NCBI RefSeq assembly: GCF_001194135.2
Contig: NC_068990.1
Coordinates: 43,541,034-43,605,033, forward strand
Source: Octopus bimaculoides
Lineage: Eukaryota
Direction: 5' to 3'
DNA: 64,000 nucleotides
Both the position numbers and the translations under genes were made by a program. The notes under the pieces were generated by a model, which saw only the letters and a list, made by a program, of their open reading frames with translations, searched no databases and was not told the DNA's origin. Numbering within the stretch: the first letter of the stretch is position 1; each line of letters starts with the position of its first letter. Positions 12,926 through 24,813 of this stretch are shown here, in pieces.

Positions 12926-13358
12926 TAATAATAATAATAATAATAATAATGGTTTCTAAAATTGGCATAATACAACATTTTGTGAGAGAGAACAATTTAT
13001 TAAATCAACTCCAGTATTTTTACATTTTTATGTTTTTAGTGGGCGGGGTGTCAGAATGACAACAACAACAATAAAAAAGAGTAATCATCAAAAGCAAATG
13101 CTGATTATTGATGTATCTTGTACCCGTAAGAAAAAACATGCAGTAAAAGCTGGAAAAGTACTAATTATTAACTTTTGAAATCTGTGTAAGATGTGAACAG
13201 GATACAGTGAGGATATTATTCCAGCTGTGATTGGCTGTTTTAAACCAAGGAATGACATGTGAACAAGTTAATCTTTTTGTGACTTTATATCTTAAAATAT
13301 ATCACACATGCATTTCAGATTTTTTAAATAATCAAGCACTTGGAAATATTTAGTATTA

Positions 13359-13747
13359 TTGTTGTTGTTGGCACTCCATCACTTACGACATCGAGGGTTC
13401 CAGTTGATCCGATCAACGGAACAGCCTGCTCGTGAAATTAACGTGCAAGTGGCTGAGCACTCCACAGACACGTGTACCCTTAACGTAGTTCTCGGGGATA
13501 TTCAGCGTGACACAGTGTGACAAGGCTGACCCTTTGAATTACAGGCACAACAGAAACAGGAAGTAAGAGTGAGAGAAAGTTGTGGTGAAAGAGTACAGCA
13601 GGGTTCGCCACCATCTCCTGCCGGAGCCTCGTGGAGCTTTAGGTGTTTTTGCTCAATAAACACTCACAACGCCCGGTTTGGGAATCGAAACTGCGATCCT
13701 ATGACTGCGAGTCCGCTGCCCTAACCACTGGGCCATTGCACCTCCAC
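13359..13747 (-). mobile_element. Young tRNA-derived SINE, family C, second full-length copy
   Basis: Near-identical to 2104-2489 with CpGs retained. TSD tttagtatta at 13349-13358 and 13750-13759. Confidence 0.9.
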
Positions 13748-14263
13748 TGTTTAGTATTAAGCTGGTAACAAAAAGATTCTCACATAAAATTATGATAGGT
13801 TATATAAATTTAGATGTGAACATTTTAAGCAAGTAGTTTGTTTGTAGCATAGAACCAAGAGTAGCATCAACAGGATTAAAATGAATGAAGCACCTGAGAA
13901 AGTATGTATGTAGAATACTATGTGTGAACATGAAACAGTATTGAGAAAGACTGTCTAGAATTGTCTAAATCTCTTGCATCTACTGTGGGCTGCTACTACA
14001 AAACAATAAAAGAATTTATTGATTTAGATATTTTGGCTCAAAATTCTTTTTATGACATTTCACTGTTTACATGGATTTCCCTAGAGTTTTAATTTTAGTC
14101 TATACTATTAATTATTCTTCATTTATTTTCATGCTGATGTTTTTCAGTGTTGTTTTCACAAATTTACTTCATGTAACCATTTAATTTTGTACAGAATTTA
14201 AACCTATATTAGTGCTAAAAAAAATTCTTATGAGTTAAACCATGTTCTTCTGAGTGTGTGTGT

Positions 14264-14304
<41 letters not shown>

Positions 14305-15234
14305 ATTTATGGTAAAATGTTTATACAATGATACTTAGTATGTTAAATTAACTTATTCATGTATGTGTTGATAGTTTTATCCCAAAGTTTCCTAAACTTT
14401 TGTTGCAAAATTCTTATAGTATTCCTCAAAAATCACAGTCTGTACCTGTATTGTATGGGCAACCCCCACCACCCTTATTTTGAGAAGATATCAGGGAGAG
14501 AATTTATTCATTTAAAAAAGAAAAAAAACATAGCTCACTTTTGAAATAGTGTTTGTTTTTTTCTTCTTTTCTCCCCCCCCCCCCCCTCCCATAATATAAA
14601 TCTCTATTAAATCTTATTAAAAGACAACTCAATTCAAGAATTTGAACTTCAGGGTTATTTCACAGAGCCCATTCTAAAAAACAGCGTCTCACAAAACCCA
14701 TAGCTAAAAGGAGTAGAAAGAGTTGGAAACCAACAGCAGTGTTGCCACTGTTGGTCACTTTGTCTCCGCATCCAAAGAATGAATCTTGTGTAAGAAATGC
14801 GTGGCATAGCAATAAAACTGTGGATGTTGAAGGTGGTGATGGTATTAGTGGAAGTGATTGGCATGTACTTAGAGGTTATGGTGAAATCACATAGTTGGAT
14901 GTGCAAGTAAACTAAGAAAATAGCATATGTTGTTTATCTTGTAGCAGTCATTACACTGTGGCCATGCTGAGGCACTTGCCTTGAAGAATTTTTAGTTAAA
15001 GTTATGGGGGACATAAGCACACCAATACCAGCTGTCAAGTGGTAGTGGGGGGGGGCAAACAGGCACAAAGACGTACACACATAAATATGGATTGTTAAAC
15101 TCTGCACATTTTTTTCCTCATAATCCTTTCTGTCGAAGAGTGTAGGCTTGAAGCATGAAAGACTTCCATTCTTCCTTAGCATTAAACTAATACACCTGCT
15201 TGTTGTTCTTAGACCTGTCTTTGTCTCTTTTTTT

Positions 15235-15405
15235 TTTATGTAAATTTGAACTATGTATACATACATATACATACAATAGGCTTTTTTCCATTTCCTTCTA
15301 CCAAATCCACTCACAAGACTTTGGTCAGCCCAAGTTCATAGAAAAAGACACCCAGGGTGTCATGCAGTAGGACTGAACCCAGAAATATGTGGTTGGGAAG
15401 CACAT
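15235..15405 (-). mobile_element. SINE family A, 5' part
   Basis: tttccttctaccaaatccactcacaagactttggtcagccc...gcagtaggactgaaccc. Confidence 0.75.
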
Positions 15406-15414
15406 AATTATTTC

Positions 15415-15625
15415 CAAATTAGGCATAATGACTGAAATCTGGAGAAGAGGGTTAGCTGATTTACCCAGCTCCAGTATTTGACAGATACTTTATATTTTTA
15501 ACCCTGGCAGGATGAAAGGCAAAGTTGAATTTGGCAGAATTTCAGTTCAGAACATTGAGAACCAAAATAAATATTCATAGGCATTTTGTCCTACATCTGA
15601 ACAATTTTGCCAGTTCACTACTCTT
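15415..15625 (-). mobile_element. SINE family B, degenerate
   Basis: aggcaaagttgaatttggcagaatttcagttcagaac is the reverse complement of the family B B-box region. Confidence 0.7.
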
Positions 15626-15944
15626 GGGCATATATATAGATAACGCCTACTTTGGAAGGTATCTAATGGGAAAAAAAAATAATAAGTAAGACATGAAATG
15701 AGGAGAAGTGGTCAAATCAGATCTAAGTATTTTTCACCTCAGAGAGAGATAAAACACAGGATGAAGAAGAGTGATGTTATTGCCATTCTGTACAGACCTT
15801 CAATATGTACCAGCATTGAAAAACAGAAGCTAAAGCCACAATGATGATAAAATAAGATATTCTGTAATCTTGTTTCTAGATTGATATATGGTTCTTTCAG
15901 TTGATGTGTATCATATCTGCCAGCATTATTTCTGTTACAAAAAG

Positions 15945-16160
15945 GTAATGAGCTGGCAAAACCTTTGAATTGGACAAAATACTTAGCAGCAGTTCTTACA
16001 ACTTTACATTCTGAGTTCAAATTCCATTCAAGTCACCTTTGCATTTCATCCTTTCTGGTTCAATAAAATAACTACCAGTTGAGCTTTGTGGTTGATTGTG
16101 ATCAACGAGCAGCCTTCTTCAAAATTTCAGGCCTTGGGCCTATAGTAGAATGGATTATTT
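15945..16160 (+). mobile_element. SINE family B
   Basis: gagctggcaaaac...ctgagttcaaattcc...ttcatcctttc...ccttgggcctatagtagaatggattatt. Confidence 0.75.
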
Positions 16161-16940
16161 CTGTTATAAAATTTTGTCAAAAGTGTACAGATACATTCCA
16201 GATTGCTATATTAAGTGAAATAGAAGTCATTATAGAGTTAACATACCTTAATTTTTAGTAAAATAGCAAAAGTTTAATGATATGTTAAGATAAATTACGA
16301 ATTGGTAGGTTTCCATTTAGAAAATTGAATTTCTAAAGAACAGCTTGTATACAATAAGTTTTGTCAAAATATAACATTGTCAATGAATAATAAAGAGTTG
16401 AAGGAACAAATATAACCTTTCATTTTGTATTTGATTTATCACTGGAGAAATTGATAGAATGAAAATGGAACAAATATCAGGCTCTGATTTATCATTGAAA
16501 ACTAGCTAGAAATCAAATAGATTGAGATGATGTAATATGTGACCATACTAATACAATCTCGAGGGGAAATAATTTATGTAAAACGTTAATGATATAAGAG
16601 TTATTGCAGACTCAGTGACTTGTTTTGTGGTTTGATATTTTGACTTGAATGCAATAGCAGGTGTTAGGGACTAGGAAGAATGAGCCTACTATTATCATTA
16701 CATATGTTCATGTTAAATTGTCTTTATCAGGAGTTTTGTTTGTTTGTTTTTTCAACTTCAAGACAAAATGTTTATTCTGATTGTAATTATATCAATTATT
16801 TTTCAGTGCTTTTAAACTGTTTTGTTTTGAATTTTTTATGCTAATGCATAGACATTTTTGCAGTCACCCATACCTCTCCTGTGCATTTTAAACTTTATGC
16901 CATTTTCCCCTTTAAATCACACTTATTTCATTCAGTTCTC

Positions 16941-17230
16941 TAATCATCATTATCATTTAGCATCCATGCTCCTTGCCAGCATGGGTTGGACGGGTTGACT
17001 GCATCATGCTCTAGTGCCTGCTTTGGCATAGTTTCTATTCCTGGATGTCCTTCTTAATGCCAATCACTTTCCAGTGTTTAGTAGATGCTTTTTTTTGTGC
17101 CACAGCACTATTGAGGTCACCATACAGCTCACAAGACTACAAAGCCCAAGGTGGGGAGTATTTTATGCTGTGGATTGAGGGTACACTATTTGGGGAGTGG
17201 CAGAGCAGGTTCTTGTAGAGCTGTGCTCAT
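16941..17230 (-). mobile_element. RTE-type 3' end, inverted relative to the adjacent LINE
   Basis: catcattatcatttagcatccatgctccttgccagcatgggttggacgg is the reverse complement of the RTE tail. Confidence 0.75.
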
Positions 17231-17249
17231 ATATATGACATAACCAACC

Positions 17250-17935
17250 CTCAGGGCAAAGTTCAGCAAGCTTCTACCTTTGTTAGTAATAAAGGTCCTC
17301 TCCGTCAGAGTGACACGCAGATTGTATGATGCTTATGTGTGAACAGCTATACTGCATGGCAGTGAAACATGGGTTGTAACTGCAGAGGACATGCAAAGGC
17401 TTGACAGAAATGAAGCTAGTATGCTTCACTGGATGTGCAATCTCAGTGTGCATGTACAACAGTGTAAGCATCTTGACAGAAAAATTGGACACAAGAGGCA
17501 GCAAATGTGGTATGCAAGACAGACAACTGTGCTGGTGTGGTCATGTGATGCATATGGATGAGGACAGTTGTGTAAAGAAGTGCCGAACTGTCAAGAAAAC
17601 CTGTAGAAGGGGTAAACCCAGGAAGACATGGAACAAGGTGGTGACGCATGGTCTTCAAATATTGGGTCTCGTGGAGGCGATGACAAGTGATCGAGACCTT
17701 TGGTAATTTGTTACACTTGAGAAGACTCGTCAAGTCAAGTGAAATTGTAGTTATGGTCAGTACCAGTGACTCATATTAGGCACCCACTGCACCTTTGGAA
17801 GGGTTGGCATTAGGATGGACATCCAGCCAGAGAAACCAAGTCAAACTGGAGCCTGGTGCAGCTCTATGGCTTACCAGTTCCAGTCAAACTGTCTAATCAC
17901 TGCCAGCATGGAAAACAGACACTAAATTATGATGG
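17250..17935 (+). mobile_element. 5'-truncated RTE-clade LINE (ORF2 C-terminus plus 3' UTR)
   Basis: ORF 17401-17706 contains LCWCGHVMHMDEDSCVKKC and RRGKPRKTW...DRDLW, matching the RTE RLRWYGHVMRM / GRPRKTW motifs. 3' end is gccagcatggaaaacagac with a (GAT)-like tail. Confidence 0.85.
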
Positions 17936-18019
17936 TGTAAACCAAAAAAAAAACAGAAGGTATGAGAGGTGAATGTATATTTGCCTCTCACATAACATCC
18001 TTAGGATTTTAGCCATTTT

Positions 18020-18172
18020 GCAACCTCCTTCATGTGGTTGGCATTAGGAAGGGCATCCAACCATAGGAACAATGCCAAATCAGACTGGAGTCTAGTGCAG
18101 CACCCCAGCTTGCCAACTCTGGTCACACTGTCCAACTCGTGCCAGTGTGGACAAGACATTAAATGACAATGA
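18020..18172 (+). mobile_element. RTE-type 3' end
   Basis: gtggttggcattaggaagggcatcc...cagactggagtc...gacattaaatgacaatgat. Confidence 0.7.
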
Positions 18173-18489
18173 TAATTGCATTAATATGCATGTCTGGCAT
18201 CATACAATACAACTGTATATTCACAAATCGATGCAAATGAAACTAGCTTGCTCATCAGATCACCAAAATATGATGGGTACACCTAGAATGTTATGTGGTT
18301 AAATAAATATTCACCTCGTATACCTTCTGACTTTTATTGTTTATATACTCCTCATGAAATAATTTCATCAATCAGATCTTCTGGATTTCAGCTGCATGGA
18401 CAGTCTATATTACACTTCTCTGTATTGGGTTACTATGTAGACTGTTCGCCAAATCTGTTGGAGGAGCTTTCTGCCATTCTCTGATTCTG

Positions 18490-18660
18490 TATCTTATACT
18501 ACATATTGTTATACGTCTCCATAACTTAGCAGTTCAGCAAAAGAGATTGATAGAATAAGTACTAGGCTTACAAAGAATAAGTCCTGGGGTCAATTCTTTC
18601 AGATAAAGTAGGTACTCCAGCATGGCAGCAGTCAACTGACTGAAACTAGTAGAAGAATAT
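18490..18660 (+). mobile_element. SINE family A, 3' part
   Basis: aacttagcagttcagcaaaagagattgatagaataagtactaggcttacaaagaataagtcctggggtc. Confidence 0.8.
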
Positions 18661-18691
18661 ACACACACATATATATGGATGAAAAAATGGT

Positions 18692-19288
18692 TTGATTCAA
18701 ATTCATTGGTACTCCAAATTTCAAATGTGATGCTAGTCTTCAACATTCTGAATTTGAATGAAAGAACTTGATTGTTAAGTAGGCTGCGATTGGTTGAGGA
18801 AGGTCACATGGTGTCGTGGTTTGATGTTGGAGGTATATTGGTATATCAATGACAACAGTTAGTTGGAAAATATCGCATGGTGAACTGGAAATCGAACGCA
18901 TGGTGGACAGGAAATCTGTCAGGTTTTTGGAGGGAAAGTAGGAAGGGGCGGGTGGTATGTGCAAGCATATAGTTATATATGTGGGTGTTTGGACATGTTC
19001 ATATGGTTTTGTGTGTATGTCTGTATTGATGCAAGCATGCACATCTGTACATGGGCAAGCACACATGCATACTCACACTTGCATGAGTATACAAGCACAT
19101 AAATTTTCCAACTAACTGTTGTTGCTGATATACCGATATACCAACATCAAACCCCGACACCGTGTGACCTTCCTTGACCAATCGCAACCCACTTAGGGTA
19201 ATTACAATCAACTTCTTTCATTCAAATTCAAAATGGCTGAAGACTAGCATCAGGCTTGAGACTCGTAGTACCAACGAATTTGAATCAA
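18692..19288. repeat. Long fold-back element (~180-bp inverted arms, 231-bp spacer)
   Basis: 18692-18871 is the reverse complement of 19103-19288 with scattered substitutions and small indels. Mirrored ORF peptides LKTSI..STNEFES appear on both strands. Confidence 0.9.
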
Positions 19289-19371
19289 TAAATGTGTTGA
19301 GTGCCCTTCTTTTGTTTGTCCACTCACTCTTGTACATATGTATGTGTGTGCGTGTAATGTATGTATAGGTG

Positions 19372-19515
19372 CAGGCATGGTTGTGTGGTAAGATCCTTGC
19401 TTCCCAACTACATGGTTTCTGGTCAGTTCCAGTGTGTGGTGCCTGGGGCAACTGTCTTCTTCTATAGCCACAGGCCAACCAAAGCCTTGTGAGTGGATTT
19501 GGTAGATGGAAACTG
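19372..19515 (+). mobile_element. SINE family A, 5' part
   Basis: gcaggcatggttgtgtggtaagatccttgcttcccaactacatgg...gtggatttggtagatggaaactg. Confidence 0.8.
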
Positions 19516-20569
19516 TGGGTGCTTGGGGATTTAAAAGGTTAATAATTAAAAGGAGAATGGGTGGTTGTTTTTTTACTTTTTTGGTTCATTTTATTGATCA
19601 GTAAAATGGAATTGTTGCAAATGAATTAATAAAAGAAGTCTCTTTTTGTGGATAGAAGCTAATTTTAAATATATACATCTCTCTTACTGATTTTGGAAAG
19701 ATTGATATTTTCGAATATACACACTGGAACAAGCAGACTATGTAATATTTTGTAGCTTGTGGCCAATAGCCCAGCAACGTAATAACTATCAGATTTTATT
19801 TGTCAGTATAGCGTTCTTATGTGTTTTGGTGGTTTGGGAAAAACACAAACAACTTCATGGTTTTAAAAAAACATGCATTTGTAAACAATAGCTTCATTGG
19901 ACACCATGAATTCAAAGATCTGACAATCTTCAATGTTCTCAGTTCACTATAACATATAATAAAATAATACAAAATCATAAAAACTCCTACATAAATATGA
20001 TAATATATGTCAGTGATGATACATAATAAAAATATGTGGAAGAAATATGATTATACATCATAATAAATATACGGCACGTAGCAAAACATTATGATATAAC
20101 AACAATACCTAAACACAAACATAACCCATATAAAATCAATGCCAGAAAGTAGAGTTCAGCTGTGTTCTTGCTTTGGGAAATAATAGCTAAGAATCTCAGT
20201 GCAGTATCTAATGCTTGTCATCACACTAGTAGGAAGAAGACTTGTTTCGTCAATGGAAACATTTGTTGCGAGATATATTAGTGTTTTTATATACATTACT
20301 GACTGACATGACTTAATAAGAATTAAACAAATTGCAACTGAGCAATTTTGACTGTATTTATTACCTGTAAATTTGGGGAATTCACCAACTTCAGTGGATG
20401 CTCTGGGAATTTATATTTTTTATGTTGCAAAACACAATGATGTAGCCTGGTTCTTCATGCATTCTTTTTTTCATTTATCTGAGGGATTTTGTGGGATAGG
20501 GTTGTTATTGTTAATTCATATTCACATTGGTTAAATTGAATACATATTACTTATTGCAGCATATTGTTT

Positions 20570-20770
20570 TACAACCTGACGCCCTTTCTGTTGCTAACCC
20601 TTACCTGTTTTTCAAATGAAGGTTGTTTTTTTGGAGGGGTTTCCCCCACACATACAGCTTTGGAAATACAGAACCAGAGGATGATTTTGTTGACAGGCAA
20701 CATCAACAATCATCATCATTTGTAGCTCAATACTTTCACACATTGGAATGTAAATATTTGTAATCAAACA

Positions 20771-20828
<58 letters not shown>

Positions 20829-20970
20829 ACTAGTTTCCCATACATTATGTCTACCAAATTCATTCACAAAGTGTTGGTTGATTTGAGATTATAGTTGAAG
20901 ACAGTTGCCTCAGGTGCCATGCAGTGAGACTGAAACCAAAACCACATAAGTTAACTACACGGCCATGCCA
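20570..20970 (-). mobile_element. SINE family A head with RTE-like tail
   Basis: Tail gccctttctgttgctaacccttacctg, an internal (TC)/(CA) microsatellite, and head gtgccatgcagtgagactgaaacc...acggccatgcc. Confidence 0.6.
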
Positions 20971-22254
20971 ATGGAAAATAAATAATAGCTCTTGACTCTC
21001 AGGTTCCATAACACACTTCATTTTGAAGTGCTGTTCTCCCTCCCTGAAATGACTAATTTCTTTTTTAATCTTTAACACTATAGACTATGTTTATATGAAA
21101 GCTTACTTCCCTAATCCTTGTCCAGTTATTCTGCAGTATATTCTTTCAGTTTGCTGTAAAGCTCCCATAGTACACAACATTCAACATTGTTATTTGCTCG
21201 TCATATTCTATCACTCCTCCCCTCCACCACCACTATTCAATTTAAGAATATGTTATACTGTATTTCTTCTTCCATATTAACTGCAGTAACCTTATTCAGC
21301 TTATCTATTTGATGAGTTGACCCTCACATATAATGGGTAATGGTCTTCTTGAAATGCAATGGAAAATGAAATGGTTGATGTTACATATACTATCTCTAAT
21401 GGATTCTATCACTCACTAACAGCTGAAATTCACTGTGGGTGTTGGTCGTCTGCATCAATTATTTGACTCATCAATCAATATAGTTTCCTACATTTTTACT
21501 TTTGTGTTTAGAAAACGTGTACAAAAATATAACATGGCCCGTCCCTAATGGTTTTAGCACAGTAAGGCTATACCTCTCCATCTCTAAATAATAATGTTTA
21601 CTTCAAATTGAATGTATTGGTTCTTTTTAATTATTATACATCCACTTTTTCATATTCTGTTAGGTGGTGGTGGGGTGTAGTTTCATGTAAATTAGAATAT
21701 TTGCCTGTGAGCTTTTAGTGCACTTTCTTATATGAAAATATTCAATTTTGCAAAAAAATCACTCTAGCATAAATTAACTTACACAAATTAGTGTGTGAAA
21801 TAGATTAAGAATGAAATAGCTGAGAAACTGTTCGTGAAATACTTTGAATTTTAAGTTGAAACCATTTGGCTCTATGTGGATGATTGATGATGGTTTTAGA
21901 AAATGTGTTACAACATATTTGTCTTTTTACAAAAGCCTTAGCTTTCATTTCTATTTAAAGAATTGCTGTTAATTTCTCTGGTGTAATTCCCTTTATGTAC
22001 TTTGATTGTCATAATTTAACCTACAATCTGAAATATATATACTTGGGAGTTTGTGTGTATCCATCCATGTTTGCATATGGATAGCAGAATTGGTAGAGCA
22101 TCAGACTTTGTGGTGTTTATATTCTAAGTTCATATTCCCACCTCACTCTAATTTGCCTTTCATACTTCCAAAGTTAGGTGGTGCCGCCACAGCATAGCGA
22201 CATTGCAATAACTGAAAGCAAAACTAAAAGGCAAGAAAGCTGTGCAAGCATGTG

Positions 22255-22690
22255 TGAGTTGGGTGTAGGTAATGGTTGCGTGATTAAGAAACTTGCTTCA
22301 GAACTACATGGTTTGAGGATCGTTCCCACTGAGTGGGCATTCTCAGTTTATGTCTTTGAATATAGCCAAAGATTAATCACTGTAAATAAAATTTGGCAGA
22401 TGAAAACTGAAAGAAGCCTGTTTTGTGTTTGTGTTCATCTTGTTTTGACATGCACACTGATTGTAGACAAAATGTTATCATTCATGCAAATGATGTTATT
22501 TGCTTACAATTCTCCCATAAAGTATGTCTAGCTTGTTCATTGTTCAATACACTAGGGGAAATATTACCTTGCTTGGAAACCTGTAACGGTTAGCAACAGG
22601 AAGAGCATCCAACTGTAGAAAAATTTTCTACAAAGTCTTGTCTGACCTATGAAAGCATAGAAAAGTCCGTGTTAAAATGAGTATGTTGAT
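22255..22690 (+). mobile_element. SINE family A head with RTE-like tail, degenerate
   Basis: Head taatggttgcgtgattaagaaacttgcttc. Tail ggaaatattaccttgcttggaaac...ctgacctatgaaagcatagaaaagtcc. Confidence 0.6.
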
Positions 22691-24614
22691 GTATATGTGC
22701 ACATTCCACTACGATTATTAGATAATTACATCTGTATAGCAATTTGCTCACTACTATTTAGTAATTTGCTTACTGTTCTAGATTAATTTTAATTTGCTTC
22801 TCTAAAGGAATTGAGAATTGGTTCACTTCTCCCTCTATTAACTTCCTCATTTTGCATATCCTTTTCCAAACTTGTTGCTGGATATTGTCGTAAAAGGCAG
22901 AAAATAAGCAAAATATTACAAGAGAAATTTTTTTAATGGTTATATATTTTATATTTTAGTTAGTGGCCGGTAGCACCATTGGTTGCAGGGTTTGAATGGG
23001 TCAGTCACTGGTTCACTGCATACCTGACATTGAGTTTACAAACAAGTGTCCAACACAGTGCAAGAGACTTCCAGCATAAAACTTTGTCCCTTACCCCTTC
23101 TAGTTTTCTTAGTGATGTTTATATCTTATGCTGACATAAATTGCTAAAAGATATGCCCAAGTCAATTTGTGTGTGTATAATCATTGCTTTCTGTCCACTT
23201 TTCCATGGTGGTATGGGTAAAATGGTGTTTTGGAGGCAGTGTTTTGTAGTCAGATGCCCTTCCTATCACCAACCTTTTTTAGTTGCTTCTTATGACATAC
23301 ATGTGCACAGACTCCCTATTCTAAAACCAGCTTATACATGATTAAGTTACTTACACACATGCATGCAGAAGACTTCTATTCTGTTTCTGTCTCCTAAATT
23401 CCACTCTCAGGATGTTGGGGTCAACGTGAGGTCATGGTTAAAGACACTTGCTCCTAAAGCCACACAGAATCAAACCAAAGAACACATGCTTGCATAGTTA
23501 ATAATGTTTGATATAAAACATATAGAACAAGTGCACATACATAAATTGTTTGCCATTTTTTGCTTTGTCAAGTATACTAGAAATGATAATGGAAAGGCTC
23601 TGATTTCTTTCTGAGCTATAATTTTGATGATGGGATTATTTAATTATATGTTATATTAGTAACAGTAGGGGTGAGCAACATAGAGTAGAAGTTAAGCTAA
23701 TAACATGCGGATTCTATAACCATATAACCCTTCTCTCTCTCTCATGAATAGCCATTGTAAGAATTAATAATTTGAATGTAATGCTTATCTCTAAGATGTT
23801 TCTATCAAACAGTTTAAGTTATTTGCCAAGAAACAAGAAATAAATACAACAGACAGAAGATCATTAGTAATGAGAGAGAGAGAGAGAGAGAGAGTACTCT
23901 CTAAGCAAAGTCACCATTTGATTTCTTGAATATCTTGTGTTTGTTACTTGTATTGGATAGATTTATATCAACAGACAATAAGATTAAATAACCAGTTTGA
24001 ATTTTTCTTAGAAGCTATTATCTAATTTTTCCAATCTTATGTCAGTTTCCTCATCCTGACCTTTGGTGTCTGGCTTATTCCCAAATGTAGGAACATATAC
24101 AATATCATCTTTTAAGAATTTTAGCTTAAATTTGCTTTGAGTTAAGTTATCTTTTGCTTGTTTGTTTTCTTTCTTAATTTATGCAAAAACCAGAATGTAG
24201 AAAGGCATGAGTTAAATAGTGAAAGAAAGTTCTTTTTTTAATTGTTTTTATTTGGTTTTATTATGTAACACTTTCTGTATGTAATGTATATGTATGCTCA
24301 CAAATATAACATTGTAAGAATTTGAAGGTTTTTTTTTTTTCTTTGAGTTTTCTTAATGAAAACATCTGGGAAAGATTTCTAAGTTTCCTTGGTATTTATT
24401 TGATAGACACTTGTTTGAGTAATTTGAAATATTTTACTACAGGAAGAATTAAAGTATTAATAGATAAAGAGAATTATCAGAATTGCTCAGTTCTTGTATA
24501 GAAGCAATGTTACATACATCTGATAAACAAACTTTATTTCAGGAATTTATACCCGAAATTTGTGCTATTTATTATGAGTGTGATCTGATGGGGTTTAGTA
24601 CTAGTTTAGTGAAT

Positions 24615-24813
24615 ATTTAGCATTCAATCCAGCCATATCTGGCCAAAATCTTCTACAAGTTTTATGTTCAAACTGGCCAGATCCTGTCTCTCAAACCTAC
24701 CCCACAATGTCATTTTGAAAACATACTATCACATCATCGAAATCTCAGGTTGAAGACAATGTGAATAAACAAACATTACATTTCACACAGTAATGTGAAT
24801 GCTAAAGGGCTAA
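24615..24813. mobile_element. piggyBac-like MITE family 2
   Basis: tttagcattcaatccagccatatctggcc...gaatgctaaagggctaa. Confidence 0.65.

Noticed and set aside
14653-14892. ~79-codon stop-free + frame (LFHRAHSKKQRL...) with a possible acceptor at 14666
   Set aside because: No similarity to DCAF15, and none of the GT donors I checked gives the phase 2 needed to join exon 27127 in frame.
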